64,000 nt of DNA from Bacteroidales bacterium (lineage in GTDB: Bacteria; Bacteroidota; Bacteroidia; Bacteroidales; UBA932), in assembly GCA_012798805.1 (NCBI GenBank), contig JAAZMM010000019.1, positions 2,771 to 66,770 of the forward strand. Reading direction: 5' to 3'. The position numbers and the translations under genes are program-made. The notes under the pieces are model-generated. The model searched no databases. It saw only the letters and a program-made list of their open reading frames with translations, and was not told the origin of the DNA. Shown here piece after piece: positions 1 to 8,727 of this stretch (the first letter of the stretch is position 1; each line of letters starts with the position of its first letter).

Positions 1-792
1 CTCGCCATTCTCTGAAATAAAGGCAAGACGGTCCACATCGGGATCCACAGCAACACCGAGATCCGCCTTGTGGGCGACAACAGCTGCAGCGAGATCGGTA
101 AGATTTGAGGGAACAGGTTCGGGATTGTGCGCAAAATGGCCGTTGGGCTCACCGTTTATTGTGATACACTCCACCCCCAACGCCTCGAAAAGTCTCGGCA
201 TCACTATGCCTCCGACGGAGTTTATGGCATCCAGAACCACCTTAAAACCTGCATTCTTAATAGCCTGAAGGTTCACAAGTGGATAAGAAAGAACAGCATC
301 AATATGTGCCTGGGTAAAATCCTTATACTCCATCAGACCGATGGAATCTACATCCTTATAATCAAAATCTCCCGACTCTGCAACCTCCAGAAGAGCTGCA
401 CCCTCTTCACCAGTCAAAAACTCACCCTCCTCATTGAGCAGTTTGAGAGCATTCCACTGTTTGGGATTGTGGGATGCGGTAAGAATAATACCCCCGTCAG
501 CCTTCTCAAATACTACTGCCATTTCAACAGTTGGCGTGGAGGCCGGACCAGCATTTACAACATCAATACCGCAAGCCATCAAAGTACCGCAAACAATGGA
601 ATCAACCATCTTGCCGGAAATACGGGCATCCCTGCCTACAACCACTTTATAACGCTCTTTTGATGGGAACTTTCTTTGGAGTTGACGCGCATACGCCGAT
701 GTAAATTTAACAATGTCTATCGGAGTTAATGCATCACCCGGAGCACCTCCGATTGTGCCTCTAATGCCTGATATTGATTTGATTAGTGTCAT
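1..792 (-). CDS. glmM: phosphoglucosamine mutase, N-terminal 264 codons (3' end runs off the window)
   Basis: Absent from the ORF track because it stays open to position 1. The reverse complement from the ATG at 792-790 reads MTLIKSISGIRGTIGGAPGDALTPIDIVKFTSAYARQLQRKFPSKERYKVVVGRDARISGKMV. This is the GIRG-type N-terminus of alpha-D-phosphohexomutases and resembles GlmM. Confidence 0.85.
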   Translation of the reverse strand, partial: MTLIKSISGIRGTIGGAPGDALTPIDIVKFTSAYARQLQRKFPSKERYKVVVGRDARISGKMVDSIVCGTLMACGIDVVNAGPASTPTVEMAVVFEKADGGIILTASHNPKQWNALKLLNEEGEFLTGEEGAALLEVAESGDFDYKDVDSIGLMEYKDFTQAHIDAVLSYPLVNLQAIKNAGFKVVLDAINSVGGIVMPRLFEALGVECITINGEPNGHFAHNPEPVPSNLTDLAAAVVAHKADLGVAVDPDVDRLAFISENGE

Positions 793-832
793 TTTATAGA
801 AATAATTGTGTGTTTGTCGTAAAAATATGCGC

Positions 833-840
833 CAAAGTTA
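833..840 (-). promoter_or_regulatory. candidate Bacteroidota -7 promoter box for glmM
   Basis: The plus strand reads CAAAGTTA, which is TAACTTTG on the minus strand and matches TAnnTTTG. It lies 41 nt upstream of the glmM ATG. Confidence 0.4.
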
Positions 841-881
841 CAAAAAGCGGCAAAATATTTGGCCATTCTCTAAATTATTTC

Positions 882-889
882 TACTTTTG
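882..889 (+). promoter_or_regulatory. candidate -7 promoter box for rpmE2
   Basis: TACTTTTG matches TAnnTTTG and lies 38 nt upstream of the ATG at 928. Confidence 0.45.
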
Positions 890-927
890 CAGCCCAAAAT
901 GATTTTAACAACTAACATTCCGATAAA

Positions 928-1179
928 ATGAAAAAAGGTATACATCCCGAATCCTACCGTCTTGTAGCTTTCAAGGATATGTCAAATGATCATGTGTTTA
1001 TCACGCGCTCATGCGTCAACACCAAGGAGACCCTCGAAGTTGACGGTGTTGAGTACCCTTTGGTAAAGGTCGAGATTTCCAATACTTCACATCCGTTTTA
1101 TACCGGTAAGATGAAGCTCGTTGACACCGCAGGCCGCGTTGACAAATTTTACAGCAGATACAAGGACAGAAAGAAATAA
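928..1179 (+). CDS. rpmE2: 50S ribosomal protein L31, type B
   Basis: 83 aa, [10 protein letters not shown]...SHPFYTGK...VDKFYSRY. This is an L31 signature lacking the CxxC zinc motif, so it is type B. Confidence 0.93.
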   Translation: MKKGIHPESYRLVAFKDMSNDHVFITRSCVNTKETLEVDGVEYPLVKVEISNTSHPFYTGKMKLVDTAGRVDKFYSRYKDRKK

Positions 1180-1205
1180 GCCGCGAGGCGTTTTGTTTAT
1201 AATAC

Positions 1206-1979
1206 TTGGAGGGGTGGCTTACGCAAAGTCACCTTTCTTTTTTAAACCGGCAACAATCTATTTTGAAAGAGCTCCTCACTAAATATGCACTCCGGTACAA
1301 CCGTCCTGAATTTTTCGAGAAAGATCCTGTGATCTTTCCTAAAAAATTCGCAAAGTTGTCACACGAGGGTAAGGCATCTCTACAAGATGTCGAAATAGCT
1401 GCCGTGATTGCAGCACATCTCGCCTGGGGCAGAAGAAATATGATTGTAAACAATTGCAACAGAGCTTTTGATGAGATGCAATGGCAGCCATATCAATATA
1501 TAATGGAGGGAGAGTGGCGCAATGAAAGAACCTCTCTCCACAGGACAGTCAAATGGTGTGACTTTGCAGAGATCTGCTCCCGGCTTCGTAACTTCTACAT
1601 GCAGTGTGACTCCCTGGAATCACTCACGCCCGACCTTTTCAGAACTGAAATATACGGACAGAAAAGCAATCCAAAGGCAGCAAATAAAAAGATACACCTG
1701 CTTAGACGCTGGATGATACGTGATGATGGCATAGTTGACCTTGGAGTTTGGAAAAATAGCTCTCCTGCCGACCTTATCATACCGCTTGATGTCCATGTTC
1801 ACCGTACTGCCACAATGCTCGGCATCACCTCGCGCAAAAGTACCGATTTATCAACAGCGTTGGAAATCACATCCTTTCTCAAGGAAATCTTCCCCACAGA
1901 CCCATGTAAAGGAGATTTTGCGCTTTTTGGTTATGGCATAACACACCAAAAGGAGAAAAATTACGGCATTGTTTGTTGA
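1206..1979 (+). CDS. TIGR02757/DUF2400 family protein
   Basis: 257 aa with DPVIFPKKF...EIAAVIAAHLAWGRRNMIV...IPLDVHVHRTA, recalled as DUF2400-like. The start is a TTG in the track and there is no upstream in-frame ATG, so the start is uncertain. Confidence 0.6.
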   Translation: MEGWLTQSHLSFLNRQQSILKELLTKYALRYNRPEFFEKDPVIFPKKFAKLSHEGKASLQDVEIAAVIAAHLAWGRRNMIVNNCNRAFDEMQWQPYQYIMEGEWRNERTSLHRTVKWCDFAEICSRLRNFYMQCDSLESLTPDLFRTEIYGQKSNPKAANKKIHLLRRWMIRDDGIVDLGVWKNSSPADLIIPLDVHVHRTATMLGITSRKSTDLSTALEITSFLKEIFPTDPCKGDFALFGYGITHQKEKNYGIVC

Positions 1980-2048
1980 AAAAAAGTACCATGGAATTTT
2001 CTGATACATATATATTTTATTATTTTTGTTTTCGCTTGAGGTGAGGAT

Positions 2049-2639
2049 ATGCCCAAATTGTATATAATAGCAGGCTGTAACGGCGCAGGTAAAACCACCG
2101 CATCCTACACGATATTGCCCGATATGCTCAATTGTGATGAGTTCGTCAATTCGGATGAGATTGCAAAGCGTTTGTCACCTAATAACCCGGAGGAGTCTGC
2201 CATAAGGGCAAGCAGGTTGATGATGGCGAGGATTGATGAGTTGATTGACAAAGGGGAGACATTTGGAGTTGAGACCACTTTGGCTACGAGGACACTGAGA
2301 AGGGTCATTATAAGAGCACAAAAAAAGGGTTACACAGTAACTCTGGTGTATTTCTGGCTCAAAGTGCCGGAACTGGCCGTTGAGCGGGTGAAACTTAGAG
2401 TCGAAGCAGGCGGACACAATGTCCCGGAAGCCACAATTCGCAGACGCTACGATGTGGGCATCAAACATCTTTTCAATCTCTACATGCCGATTTGCAATTA
2501 TTGGATATTGATAGACAATTCCAATAATCCAAGCAATATTATAGCCGAAGGTGGAACGAATGTTGTTACTAAAATACACAATAAAACCTTATATAACCAA
2601 TTAATCAATTATGAGCGAACTAGAAACGAGAGAACTTAG
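2049..2639 (+). CDS. zeta-toxin-like / COG4185 P-loop ATPase (putative toxin)
   Basis: 196 aa with Walker A GCNGAGKTT near the N-terminus and the general layout of zeta toxin/AAA_33 kinases. An SD-like GGTGAGGA sits just upstream of the ATG. Confidence 0.75.
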   Translation: MPKLYIIAGCNGAGKTTASYTILPDMLNCDEFVNSDEIAKRLSPNNPEESAIRASRLMMARIDELIDKGETFGVETTLATRTLRRVIIRAQKKGYTVTLVYFWLKVPELAVERVKLRVEAGGHNVPEATIRRRYDVGIKHLFNLYMPICNYWILIDNSNNPSNIIAEGGTNVVTKIHNKTLYNQLINYERTRNERT

Positions 2640-2766
2640 AGAAACCATTCTTCTGGGTTTAGACATCAGTTTTCAGAGGCTCGTACAGGAAAAAAGACAA
2701 GACAATTCCGAGTTGGCTTTTGCCCGTAAAGGACAGATTGTTAGAATAAAAGCCGATGACATTTGA
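2611..2766 (+). CDS. unannotated 51-codon ORF overlapping the 3' end of the zeta-like gene (candidate partner/antitoxin)
   Basis: ATG at 2611 and TGA at 2764-2766. Hand translation gives MSELETRELRETILLGLDISFQRLVQEKRQDNSELAFARKGQIVRIKADDI. It overlaps the upstream gene by 29 nt in the +1 frame and is followed by a strong terminator. It is too short for the 60-aa ORF track. Confidence 0.45.
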   Translation: MSELETRELRETILLGLDISFQRLVQEKRQDNSELAFARKGQIVRIKADDI

Positions 2767-2815
2767 ATTATTCTTGTTGTACTCTGCCAAAATTGAGAAA
2801 TTACTAACCCCTAAC

Positions 2816-2843
2816 ACTACTGCAGCAATGCAGTAGTTTTTTT
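2816..2843 (+). terminator. intrinsic terminator-like hairpin
   Basis: ACTACTGCA-GCAA-TGCAGTAGT forms a 9-bp perfect stem with a GNRA-type loop and is followed by a T-run. It sits after the small ORF and 5 nt before the tldD ATG. Confidence 0.7.
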
Positions 2844-2847
2844 GTCG

Positions 2848-4263
2848 ATGAGAGACTACTTCGATCTGTTTAACATAACAAAAGAGCAACTGAAACTCTT
2901 GCTTGACGAAGCCCTCGCTTCCGGAGGAGACTATGCCGACATTTTTTTCGAATATAGCACAGGAGAAGTACTTGCGTTGCGAGATGGTGAAGTCAATTCC
3001 ATCCGCAACGACATCGACTTTGGGGCCGGAGTCAGAGTCATTCGCAACGGTCGCACAGGTTATGCCTATTCTGAAAGCACGGATCTGAGAGACCTGCGTG
3101 CAGCTGCACAAGCTGCTGCCCGTATAGCTAATTCTCCCTCCGAAAGGAGAAAAACGGCCCAAATTGTTCCTCTGAAACTGAAAAACTATTATCCCCGATC
3201 TAATGAATCATCGGACTTTAACATTTCCTCAAAAAAGGACTACCTTAAAGGGATCCACACAAGACTTTCCGAAGGTGACAGCCGAATAATCCAGATCATC
3301 GGACAGAGCTCCTGCTCTCTGAGCAAAATAATTTTCATCAATTCCCTGGGAGAATTTTACTGCGATGAAAGGCCGCTGGCTTCCGTAGTCTTCAGCGTAA
3401 TTTTCACTCAAGGTGACATCACGGACAATTACACCAGCTCGAAAAGTTTCAGAATGGGAGATGAAATGTTCACTCCGGCTCTGGCAGATGAGATTGTGGG
3501 TGAAATACTCGATGCCATCCCTACGGTGCTGGAGGCAATTCGTCCGAAGGGTGGTGAAATGGCAGTAGTAATGGGGGCCGGAGGATCCGGAATACTACTG
3601 CATGAAGCCATAGGGCATGCATTTGAAGCCGATTTCAACCGTAAAGGAATATCTATATTTTCCGACAAGATGGGAGAGCAGATCTGCAGCAAATCGATCA
3701 GCATAGCGGATGACGCTACCATTCCCTCCAACAGAGGATCCCTCAACGTCGATGACGAGGGGGTGCCCGGGCAGAAGACCATGCTGATTACGGAAGGTGT
3801 TCTAACCTCATATCTTCACGACCGCATTAGTGCTCAACACTATAAAGTCAAGCCCACAGGAAATGGACGCAGGGAGTCTTTTAGATTTGAACCTATCCCG
3901 AGAATGCGAGCCACCTATATGGAAAATGGCACCGCTACCACAGAGGAGATCATCTCCGGTGTATCCCAAGGCATCTATGTAGATAAATTCCGGAATGGAC
4001 AGGTACAGATCGGAGCGGGAGACTTTACTTTCTTCGTTAAGAGCGGGCGGATGATTGAGAATGGACGCCTCACCCGCCCCATCAAGGACATAAACATAAT
4101 AGGCAATGGCCCAAAAGCACTCGCGGATATCCTTGAGGTAGCATCAGACGGTAAGATGGAAGATAGCACCTGGACCTGCGGTAAAGGGCAACAATGCCCC
4201 GTGTCATGCGGTATGCCTACAGTACTTGTGAAATCACTTACAGTGGGAGGAAACAACCAATGA
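2848..4263 (+). CDS. tldD: metalloprotease TldD
   Basis: MRDYFDLF...GGDYADIFFEY...HEAIGHAFEAD (HExxxH-type site) ...GMPTVLV. The track start at 2842 is TTG; the ATG at 2848 is preferred. Confidence 0.9.
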   Translation: MRDYFDLFNITKEQLKLLLDEALASGGDYADIFFEYSTGEVLALRDGEVNSIRNDIDFGAGVRVIRNGRTGYAYSESTDLRDLRAAAQAAARIANSPSERRKTAQIVPLKLKNYYPRSNESSDFNISSKKDYLKGIHTRLSEGDSRIIQIIGQSSCSLSKIIFINSLGEFYCDERPLASVVFSVIFTQGDITDNYTSSKSFRMGDEMFTPALADEIVGEILDAIPTVLEAIRPKGGEMAVVMGAGGSGILLHEAIGHAFEADFNRKGISIFSDKMGEQICSKSISIADDATIPSNRGSLNVDDEGVPGQKTMLITEGVLTSYLHDRISAQHYKVKPTGNGRRESFRFEPIPRMRATYMENGTATTEEIISGVSQGIYVDKFRNGQVQIGAGDFTFFVKSGRMIENGRLTRPIKDINIIGNGPKALADILEVASDGKMEDSTWTCGKGQQCPVSCGMPTVLVKSLTVGGNNQ

Positions 4264-5579
4264 AAGAGATCTCTATAAAGGCCCTCCAAATGGCTCTGGA
4301 TGCGGGTGCATCCAATGTGCGGGTAATTTTGGAGAAGGGTCGTGGTGATGTGGTGACTATACTCAACGGAAAGATTGACCGTCTCTATCAAGCTGCCAGC
4401 TCGGTCCTCTATTTCCATATCTTTGCCGGAGGAAAATACGGCACATTTTCCACCAACCTGATGGATGAAGTAACGCTGAGGCAATTTACCGCCAATGCGG
4501 TGAACGCTACGCTACTGATGACCCCTGATGAGCACAGGTCTCTGCCGGAGAGAGAGCTCTGCTATAAAGGAGATGGACCTGACCTTCAGCAGTATGACCC
4601 CTCCATTGAGAGTCGTCCTTCCACCAGGGGAATCGCTATTGCGCAGGAGGTGGCGGCAGAGATGCTCTCTGACGGCAGGGTTATTTCAGCGGAGAGCGAA
4701 TATGGGGACTATGTGGAAGAGCACTTTATCGCGGATAGTTTGGGATTTGAAGGTTATCAGCGCAAATCCGGTTTTGCAATTGGAGCTACCTGTTCCGTTG
4801 GCGGCAAAGGCGATGAAAAACCCGAAAGAAATTGGTATGAAGATGAGGTTTTCTTTGACAATCTCCAATATAGGGGATGCGGTACCAAAGCTCTGAATAT
4901 GGCGCTTGAAAGCATAGGTCCGGTCAAAATGCCTTCCGGTTCATACAATATGGTTGTAGATAGAAACATAGCTGCGAAACTTGTAATGCCCCTTACCAAA
5001 GCACTTAAAGGCAGTGCCCTTCACACACGCAATTCGTTTCTGGTGGATAGACTTGGTGAGAAAGTTTTTGGGGAGAATGTCTTTCTGAGAGATATGCCAC
5101 ACACTATCGGCAATGCCTCCTCCCGTCTTTTCAATATCGAGGGCATAGCCACAAAAGAACGGGATATCATTTCCGGGGGCACTATTTGCAATTATTTTAT
5201 CGACAATTATTATAGCCGCAAATTATCCCTTGCTGTTACCATCGGCACACCTTCGGTGGTAATAATGCCCAAAAATGAGCTTTTGTCAAATAATAAATTA
5301 TCTTTGTCTGATATTTTAAAGAGAGCAGAGAGAGGTATTTATGTCACTCAATTCAACGGAGGTAACTGCAATGCCGCCACAGGAGACTTCTCCTACGGCA
5401 TAGAGGGATTTTTGTTTAACAATGGGGAAATAACACATCCGATAAATGAAATGTTGGTGTCGGGCAATCTCATTAAGTTGTGGAACAATCTCATAGTTAC
5501 TGCCGATGACCAGATGAAGAGTCGTAAATGGCAGATACCTTCACTCTGTTTCTCAAACGTTAATTTCAACGGACTCTGA
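4260..5579 (+). CDS. pmbA: PmbA/TldE family metalloprotease
   Basis: MKEISIKALQMALDAGASNVRV... Its ATG overlaps the tldD TGA (ATGA), the usual tldD-pmbA pairing. The track ORF starts earlier (4194) in the same frame. Confidence 0.85.
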   Translation: MKEISIKALQMALDAGASNVRVILEKGRGDVVTILNGKIDRLYQAASSVLYFHIFAGGKYGTFSTNLMDEVTLRQFTANAVNATLLMTPDEHRSLPERELCYKGDGPDLQQYDPSIESRPSTRGIAIAQEVAAEMLSDGRVISAESEYGDYVEEHFIADSLGFEGYQRKSGFAIGATCSVGGKGDEKPERNWYEDEVFFDNLQYRGCGTKALNMALESIGPVKMPSGSYNMVVDRNIAAKLVMPLTKALKGSALHTRNSFLVDRLGEKVFGENVFLRDMPHTIGNASSRLFNIEGIATKERDIISGGTICNYFIDNYYSRKLSLAVTIGTPSVVIMPKNELLSNNKLSLSDILKRAERGIYVTQFNGGNCNAATGDFSYGIEGFLFNNGEITHPINEMLVSGNLIKLWNNLIVTADDQMKSRKWQIPSLCFSNVNFNGL

Positions 5580-7048
5580 TGGAGAAAAAGAAAAAACCAG
5601 GTCTTATCCTATCGCTCGTTCCAGTAGTAATACTAATTACAATACTGGCAGTAGGGGTTATTATTTTTGGTGAAGATGTAACCAGTGGCCCCTCACAAAT
5701 CGCGCTTGTAACTGCTGCGATCATCACCTGTCTTATCGGAATGCTCTTTCTCAAAGTACCCTGGGAGCATTTTTCAGATGCTATGGGTGATAATATGAGC
5801 AAAACAAGCGAGGCTATTTTCATCCTGCTCATGATTGGAGCCCTAACCTCCACCTGGATGCTCTCCGGAGTCGTCCCGACAATGATATATTGGGGCCTCA
5901 AGCTTATACACCCGTCGATATTTCTGCTGGTTACATTTATGCTCTGCTCCATTATTTCCATTCTGGCCGGCAGCTCATGGACTACTGTCGGCACCATAGG
6001 GGTAGCAATGCTCAATGCGGGGCAGATAGTTGGAATACCCACCGGCTGGCTTGCAGGAGCCATTATCTCCGGTGCATATCTTGGTGACAAGATATCACCT
6101 CTCTCCGACACCACAAATCTTTCCGCTTCCGTTGCAGGAGTCGATCTTTACAAGCATGTAAAATACAATTTAATCACTACCATACCGGCAGCCATCATCT
6201 GTCTGATTATTTACACCCTGGCGGGATTCTTCATACCTACTACCTCAACCGTGGATGTGGGCGCACAGCTCGCCGCTCTTCAGGAGACATTTAATATTTC
6301 AGGATGGCTCCTATTAATCCCTGTAGTGACTATTTACCTGATTTACAAAAAGGTGCCGGCAGTACTCACACTCTTTATCTCAGCATTTGTGGGCGCTTTG
6401 GTGGCCTTTTGGGCACAACCCCAAATAGTAGGGCAAATTATCTCCGGAATGGGTAGCTTCAAGGAGTTCTTCTACACCATACTGAAAATGATGTCCAGCG
6501 AGATTTCAATTGAGACCGGTGACCCTTTGATTACTGCTCTGGCCTCCACAAATGGCATGTACGGTATGGTTAACACCGTCTGGATCATTATTTGCGTTAT
6601 AATGTTTGGAGGAGCTCTCTCAGCCAGCGGAATGATTCAGACCATTACTGAAAGCATGCTGCGTTTTATGCACAACTTGGTAAGTATGATAACCTCTACT
6701 GTTTTAACCTGCATTTTCTGCAATATAGTGCTTGCAGACCAATATATGGCCATCTTGCTCCCCGGAAAAATGTTCAGTGACGTTTACAGAAGAAAGGGCT
6801 ACGCTCCTGAGCTTTTGAGCCGCACATTACAAGACTCTGCAACTGTGAGTTCAGTCATGGTGCCCTGGAATACCTGTGCAGTTGCACAATCCGGAGTACT
6901 GGGAATCTCCTGCATGGTTTGGTTCCCCTATGCATTCTTCTGCTTTATCACTCCCGTAATAGCGATTATCATTGCTGCTATGGGATACAAGATCCGCCGT
7001 CTTCCTGCTGAAAATGGCGAAGCTGCAACTGCAACGGTAGCATCATAA
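5579..7048 (+). CDS. nhaC: Na+/H+ antiporter NhaC family
   Basis: 489 aa, polytopic and hydrophobic throughout, with an NhaC-like N-terminus (KKPGLILSLVPVVILI...). The start overlaps the pmbA stop by 1 nt. Confidence 0.8.
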   Translation: MEKKKKPGLILSLVPVVILITILAVGVIIFGEDVTSGPSQIALVTAAIITCLIGMLFLKVPWEHFSDAMGDNMSKTSEAIFILLMIGALTSTWMLSGVVPTMIYWGLKLIHPSIFLLVTFMLCSIISILAGSSWTTVGTIGVAMLNAGQIVGIPTGWLAGAIISGAYLGDKISPLSDTTNLSASVAGVDLYKHVKYNLITTIPAAIICLIIYTLAGFFIPTTSTVDVGAQLAALQETFNISGWLLLIPVVTIYLIYKKVPAVLTLFISAFVGALVAFWAQPQIVGQIISGMGSFKEFFYTILKMMSSEISIETGDPLITALASTNGMYGMVNTVWIIICVIMFGGALSASGMIQTITESMLRFMHNLVSMITSTVLTCIFCNIVLADQYMAILLPGKMFSDVYRRKGYAPELLSRTLQDSATVSSVMVPWNTCAVAQSGVLGISCMVWFPYAFFCFITPVIAIIIAAMGYKIRRLPAENGEAATATVAS

Positions 7049-7084
7049 TTATTTTGAACAACAATAACGGAAATTTAAAATAGA

Positions 7085-7618
7085 ATGAAAATTAAAGAAA
7101 ACAAAGTAGTATCTCTGATCTACAATCTGGAAGTCAATGGCGAACTCAAAGACTCCTGCGACAAAGAAAATCCACTTGAATTCATAATGGGCATGGGCTA
7201 TTTGCTCCCCAAATTTGAGGAAAACCTCCTTGATAAGAGTGTTGGCGACAAATTTGACTTTGTGCTCTCTGCTGCAGAGGGTTATGGCGAATTCAATCCC
7301 CAGGCTATCGTTGACCTCCCTAAAAACATATTTGAAATAGATGGTGTACTCCAGGAAGAGCTTCTGGTTCCCGGCAATTACATTCCCATGAGGAATCAAA
7401 TGGGTGGCGTAATACCCGGAAAAGTTGTGGAAGTGAGCGAAGAGAGTGTAAAAATGGACTTCAACCATGAACTTGCAGGGCAATCACTCCATTTTACAGG
7501 AGAGATTACTGCAATAAGAGAGGCTACTGAAGAAGAGCTTGTCAATGGACTCTACGGCGAGAGAGCTATGCACAACTGTGAGGGCGAGTGCTCATCTTGT
7601 GGAAGTGGCTGTAACTAG
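7085..7618 (+). CDS. slyD: FKBP-type peptidyl-prolyl isomerase, SlyD-like
   Basis: MKIKENKVVSLIYNLEV...PLEFIMGMGYLLPKFEENL...HELAGQSLHFTGEI. The tail is Cys-rich (CEGECSSCGSGCN). Confidence 0.85.
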   Translation: MKIKENKVVSLIYNLEVNGELKDSCDKENPLEFIMGMGYLLPKFEENLLDKSVGDKFDFVLSAAEGYGEFNPQAIVDLPKNIFEIDGVLQEELLVPGNYIPMRNQMGGVIPGKVVEVSEESVKMDFNHELAGQSLHFTGEITAIREATEEELVNGLYGERAMHNCEGECSSCGSGCN

Positions 7619-7637
7619 CTGACTATCCCACATTGCT

Positions 7638-8672
7638 CTATTTATTTATCTGATAATAGTCTGCTGCACGAGATATAGGTGCCACATCCATTGGAGTGAA
7701 AAGCCCTTCTCTGTAGCGGTAAAGAGCAACTATACCTATCATCGCCGCATTGTCGGTAGTAAATCTGAGTTCGGGCAGGAAGAGATTCCAGCCCCTTTTT
7801 TTTCCTTCGAGGGATATTCGCTCACGAAGTTCGGAATTAGCGGAAACCCCTCCCCCGAGACCAATTTCCTTGATACCGGTCTGCTTTGCCGCAAGGATGA
7901 GTTTTTTAAGAAGAATATCTATCAAATCTTTCTGAAACGAGGCACAAATATCGACTTTGTTATTCTCCAAAAAATCAGGATCCTTTGCAATCTCATCCCT
8001 AAGAAAATAGAGCAGCGATGTTTTTATGCCGCTGAAACTGTAGTTCAAGCCGGCAATATTGGGCTTTGCAAAACGGAATGCCGAGGAATCTCCCTCTTTT
8101 GCAAGACGATCAATGACCGGACCTCCCGGATAGCCTAGTCCCAGCAATTTAGCACACTTGTCAAATGCTTCTCCAACAGCATCATCTATGGTGTAACCGA
8201 GCACTTCATAATCGAGATAATCATTGACCCTTACAATCTGGGTATGGCCCCCGGAAACAAGTAATGAAAGAAAAGGAAAATGCGGCTCCCGATGTTCCCT
8301 GCCATCAACCCTTATAAAGTGAGAAAGCATATGACCCTGAAGATGATTAACCTCAATTAGAGGCTTCCCTATCGCAATGGAAAGCCCTTTTGCAAAGGAA
8401 GTACCCACCAAAAGCGACCCCAGAAGTCCCGGACCACGGGTAAAGGCGATTGCATCCAATTGTTCTACGGTGACACCGGCTTGATCAAGGGCCTGAGAGA
8501 CTACCGGAAGAATGTTTTGCTGGTGTGCGCGGGAGGCAAGTTCCGGCACCACTCCGCCATATTGTCTATGTACCTCCTGAGAGGCCATGACATTGGAGAG
8601 CAGATATTCTTCCCTGAGAACTGCAGCTGAAGTGTCATCACAAGAGGATTCTATTGCAAGAATTATCGCCAT
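7638..8672 (-). CDS. tsaD: tRNA N6-adenosine threonylcarbamoyltransferase TsaD
   Basis: MAIILAIESSCDDTSAAV...GGVVPELASRAHQ...SGGHTQ, the classic Gcp/TsaD motifs. Confidence 0.95.
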   Translation of the reverse strand: MAIILAIESSCDDTSAAVLREEYLLSNVMASQEVHRQYGGVVPELASRAHQQNILPVVSQALDQAGVTVEQLDAIAFTRGPGLLGSLLVGTSFAKGLSIAIGKPLIEVNHLQGHMLSHFIRVDGREHREPHFPFLSLLVSGGHTQIVRVNDYLDYEVLGYTIDDAVGEAFDKCAKLLGLGYPGGPVIDRLAKEGDSSAFRFAKPNIAGLNYSFSGIKTSLLYFLRDEIAKDPDFLENNKVDICASFQKDLIDILLKKLILAAKQTGIKEIGLGGGVSANSELRERISLEGKKRGWNLFLPELRFTTDNAAMIGIVALYRYREGLFTPMDVAPISRAADYYQINK

Positions 8673-8688
8673 ATCTTAAATTGGATTG

Positions 8689-8706
8689 AATTTTGTGCAC
8701 AAAATT
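8689..8706. promoter_or_regulatory. 18-bp perfect palindrome in the tsaD/tamB divergent region, carrying back-to-back -7-like boxes
   Basis: AATTTTGTGCACAAAATT. The minus-strand half contains TAATTTTG (8707-8700), 27 nt upstream of the tsaD ATG. The plus-strand half reads GAATTTTG (one mismatch). It is followed by the tandem direct repeat AAAATTAGTA x2 (8701-8720) and TACTTTTG (8719-8726). Confidence 0.5.
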
Positions 8707-8727
8707 AGTAAAAATTAGTACTTTTGT

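Noticed and set aside
7560-7618. The Cys-rich tail of SlyD (CEGECSSCGSGCN) as something unusual
   Set aside because: SlyD proteins commonly carry variable metal-binding His/Cys tails. This is likely an ordinary lineage variant.
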